A stretch of DNA of 64,000 bases, taken from an uncultured Acidimicrobiia bacterium (GTDB lineage: Bacteria; Acidobacteriota; Terriglobia; Versatilivoradales; Versatilivoraceae). The position numbers and the translations under genes are program-made. The notes under the pieces were generated by a model, which searched no databases, was not told the DNA's origin, and saw nothing but the letters and a program-made list of their open reading frames with translations. The DNA lies in the NCBI GenBank assembly GCA_963786955.1, contig CAWBAT010000004.1, positions 800,001 through 864,000 of the forward strand, in the 5' to 3' direction. Positions 63,724-64,000 of the stretch are shown piece after piece. Each line of letters begins with the position of its first letter. Within the stretch, counting starts at the first letter, position 1.

Positions 63724-64000
63724 TTAGACGGTCAGCCGGAAAGTACGCGGCACTTCAGTCGTGAGGTCGACGACCAATTGTCCGTCATCTGGTGATAGCT
63801 CAAGTTTGTGATACGCCAGTGGCCGAGGGGCCGGGCCGGAATAGTTGGTCCCGTCTCCAAAGTATTTAGAGCCGTGGCACGGACAGTGAAATTCTGCCTG
63901 CTCTTCAAACTCACGCCCCCCGAAGCTGACCTTCTTGGGCTTATTTAAACGTTCCATCTTAACGGTGCATCCCAAGTGCGTGCAGACAGCCGAAATGGCA
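63724..64000 (-). CDS. Rieske [2Fe-2S] protein (5' end beyond the window)
   Basis: VCTHLGC read manually at 63965-63990, [13 protein letters not shown]. Confidence 0.92.
   Translation of the reverse strand, partial: AISAVCTHLGCTVKMERLNKPKKVSFGGREFEEQAEFHCPCHGSKYFGDGTNYSGPAPRPLAYHKLELSPDDGQLVVDLTTEVPRTFRLTV

Overview
Bacterial genomic window, plausibly Acidobacteriota (inferred from gene content and repeat style only), dominated by energy-metabolism genes. Single-base indels split many otherwise intact genes, which most likely reflects an unpolished long-read assembly. Left to right: a PAS histidine kinase (cut by the edge), hemY, a YwiC-like gene, a monoheme cytochrome, an 11-heme cytochrome c plus cytochrome b (CbcL-like) followed by feoAB, a Tat oxidoreductase and a GNAT. 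Next is a sigma-54 preceded minus-strand cluster (11.7-23.2 kb): two GcvH-like proteins lacking the lipoyl lysine, a HybA-like 4Fe-4S protein, a HybB/NrfD-like protein fused to a triheme c7 domain, a heme-c histidine kinase, an NtrC-type regulator, an archaemetzincin and a second two-component pair. This is the best candidate for an uncharacterised system. A mixed region of small genes follows, then an O2-tolerant-type membrane-bound [NiFe]-hydrogenase with hypABF and hypCDE separated by a 19-heme cytochrome c/b fusion. The right end holds a clade II nos cluster (nosZ-B-D-F-L-Y) directly behind a Rieske/cytochrome b/pentaheme c module. Several REP- and MITE-like intergenic repeats are present. 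I saw no rRNA, tRNA, CRISPR array, integrase or transposase. All calls come from motif recognition by eye; no database searches were run.
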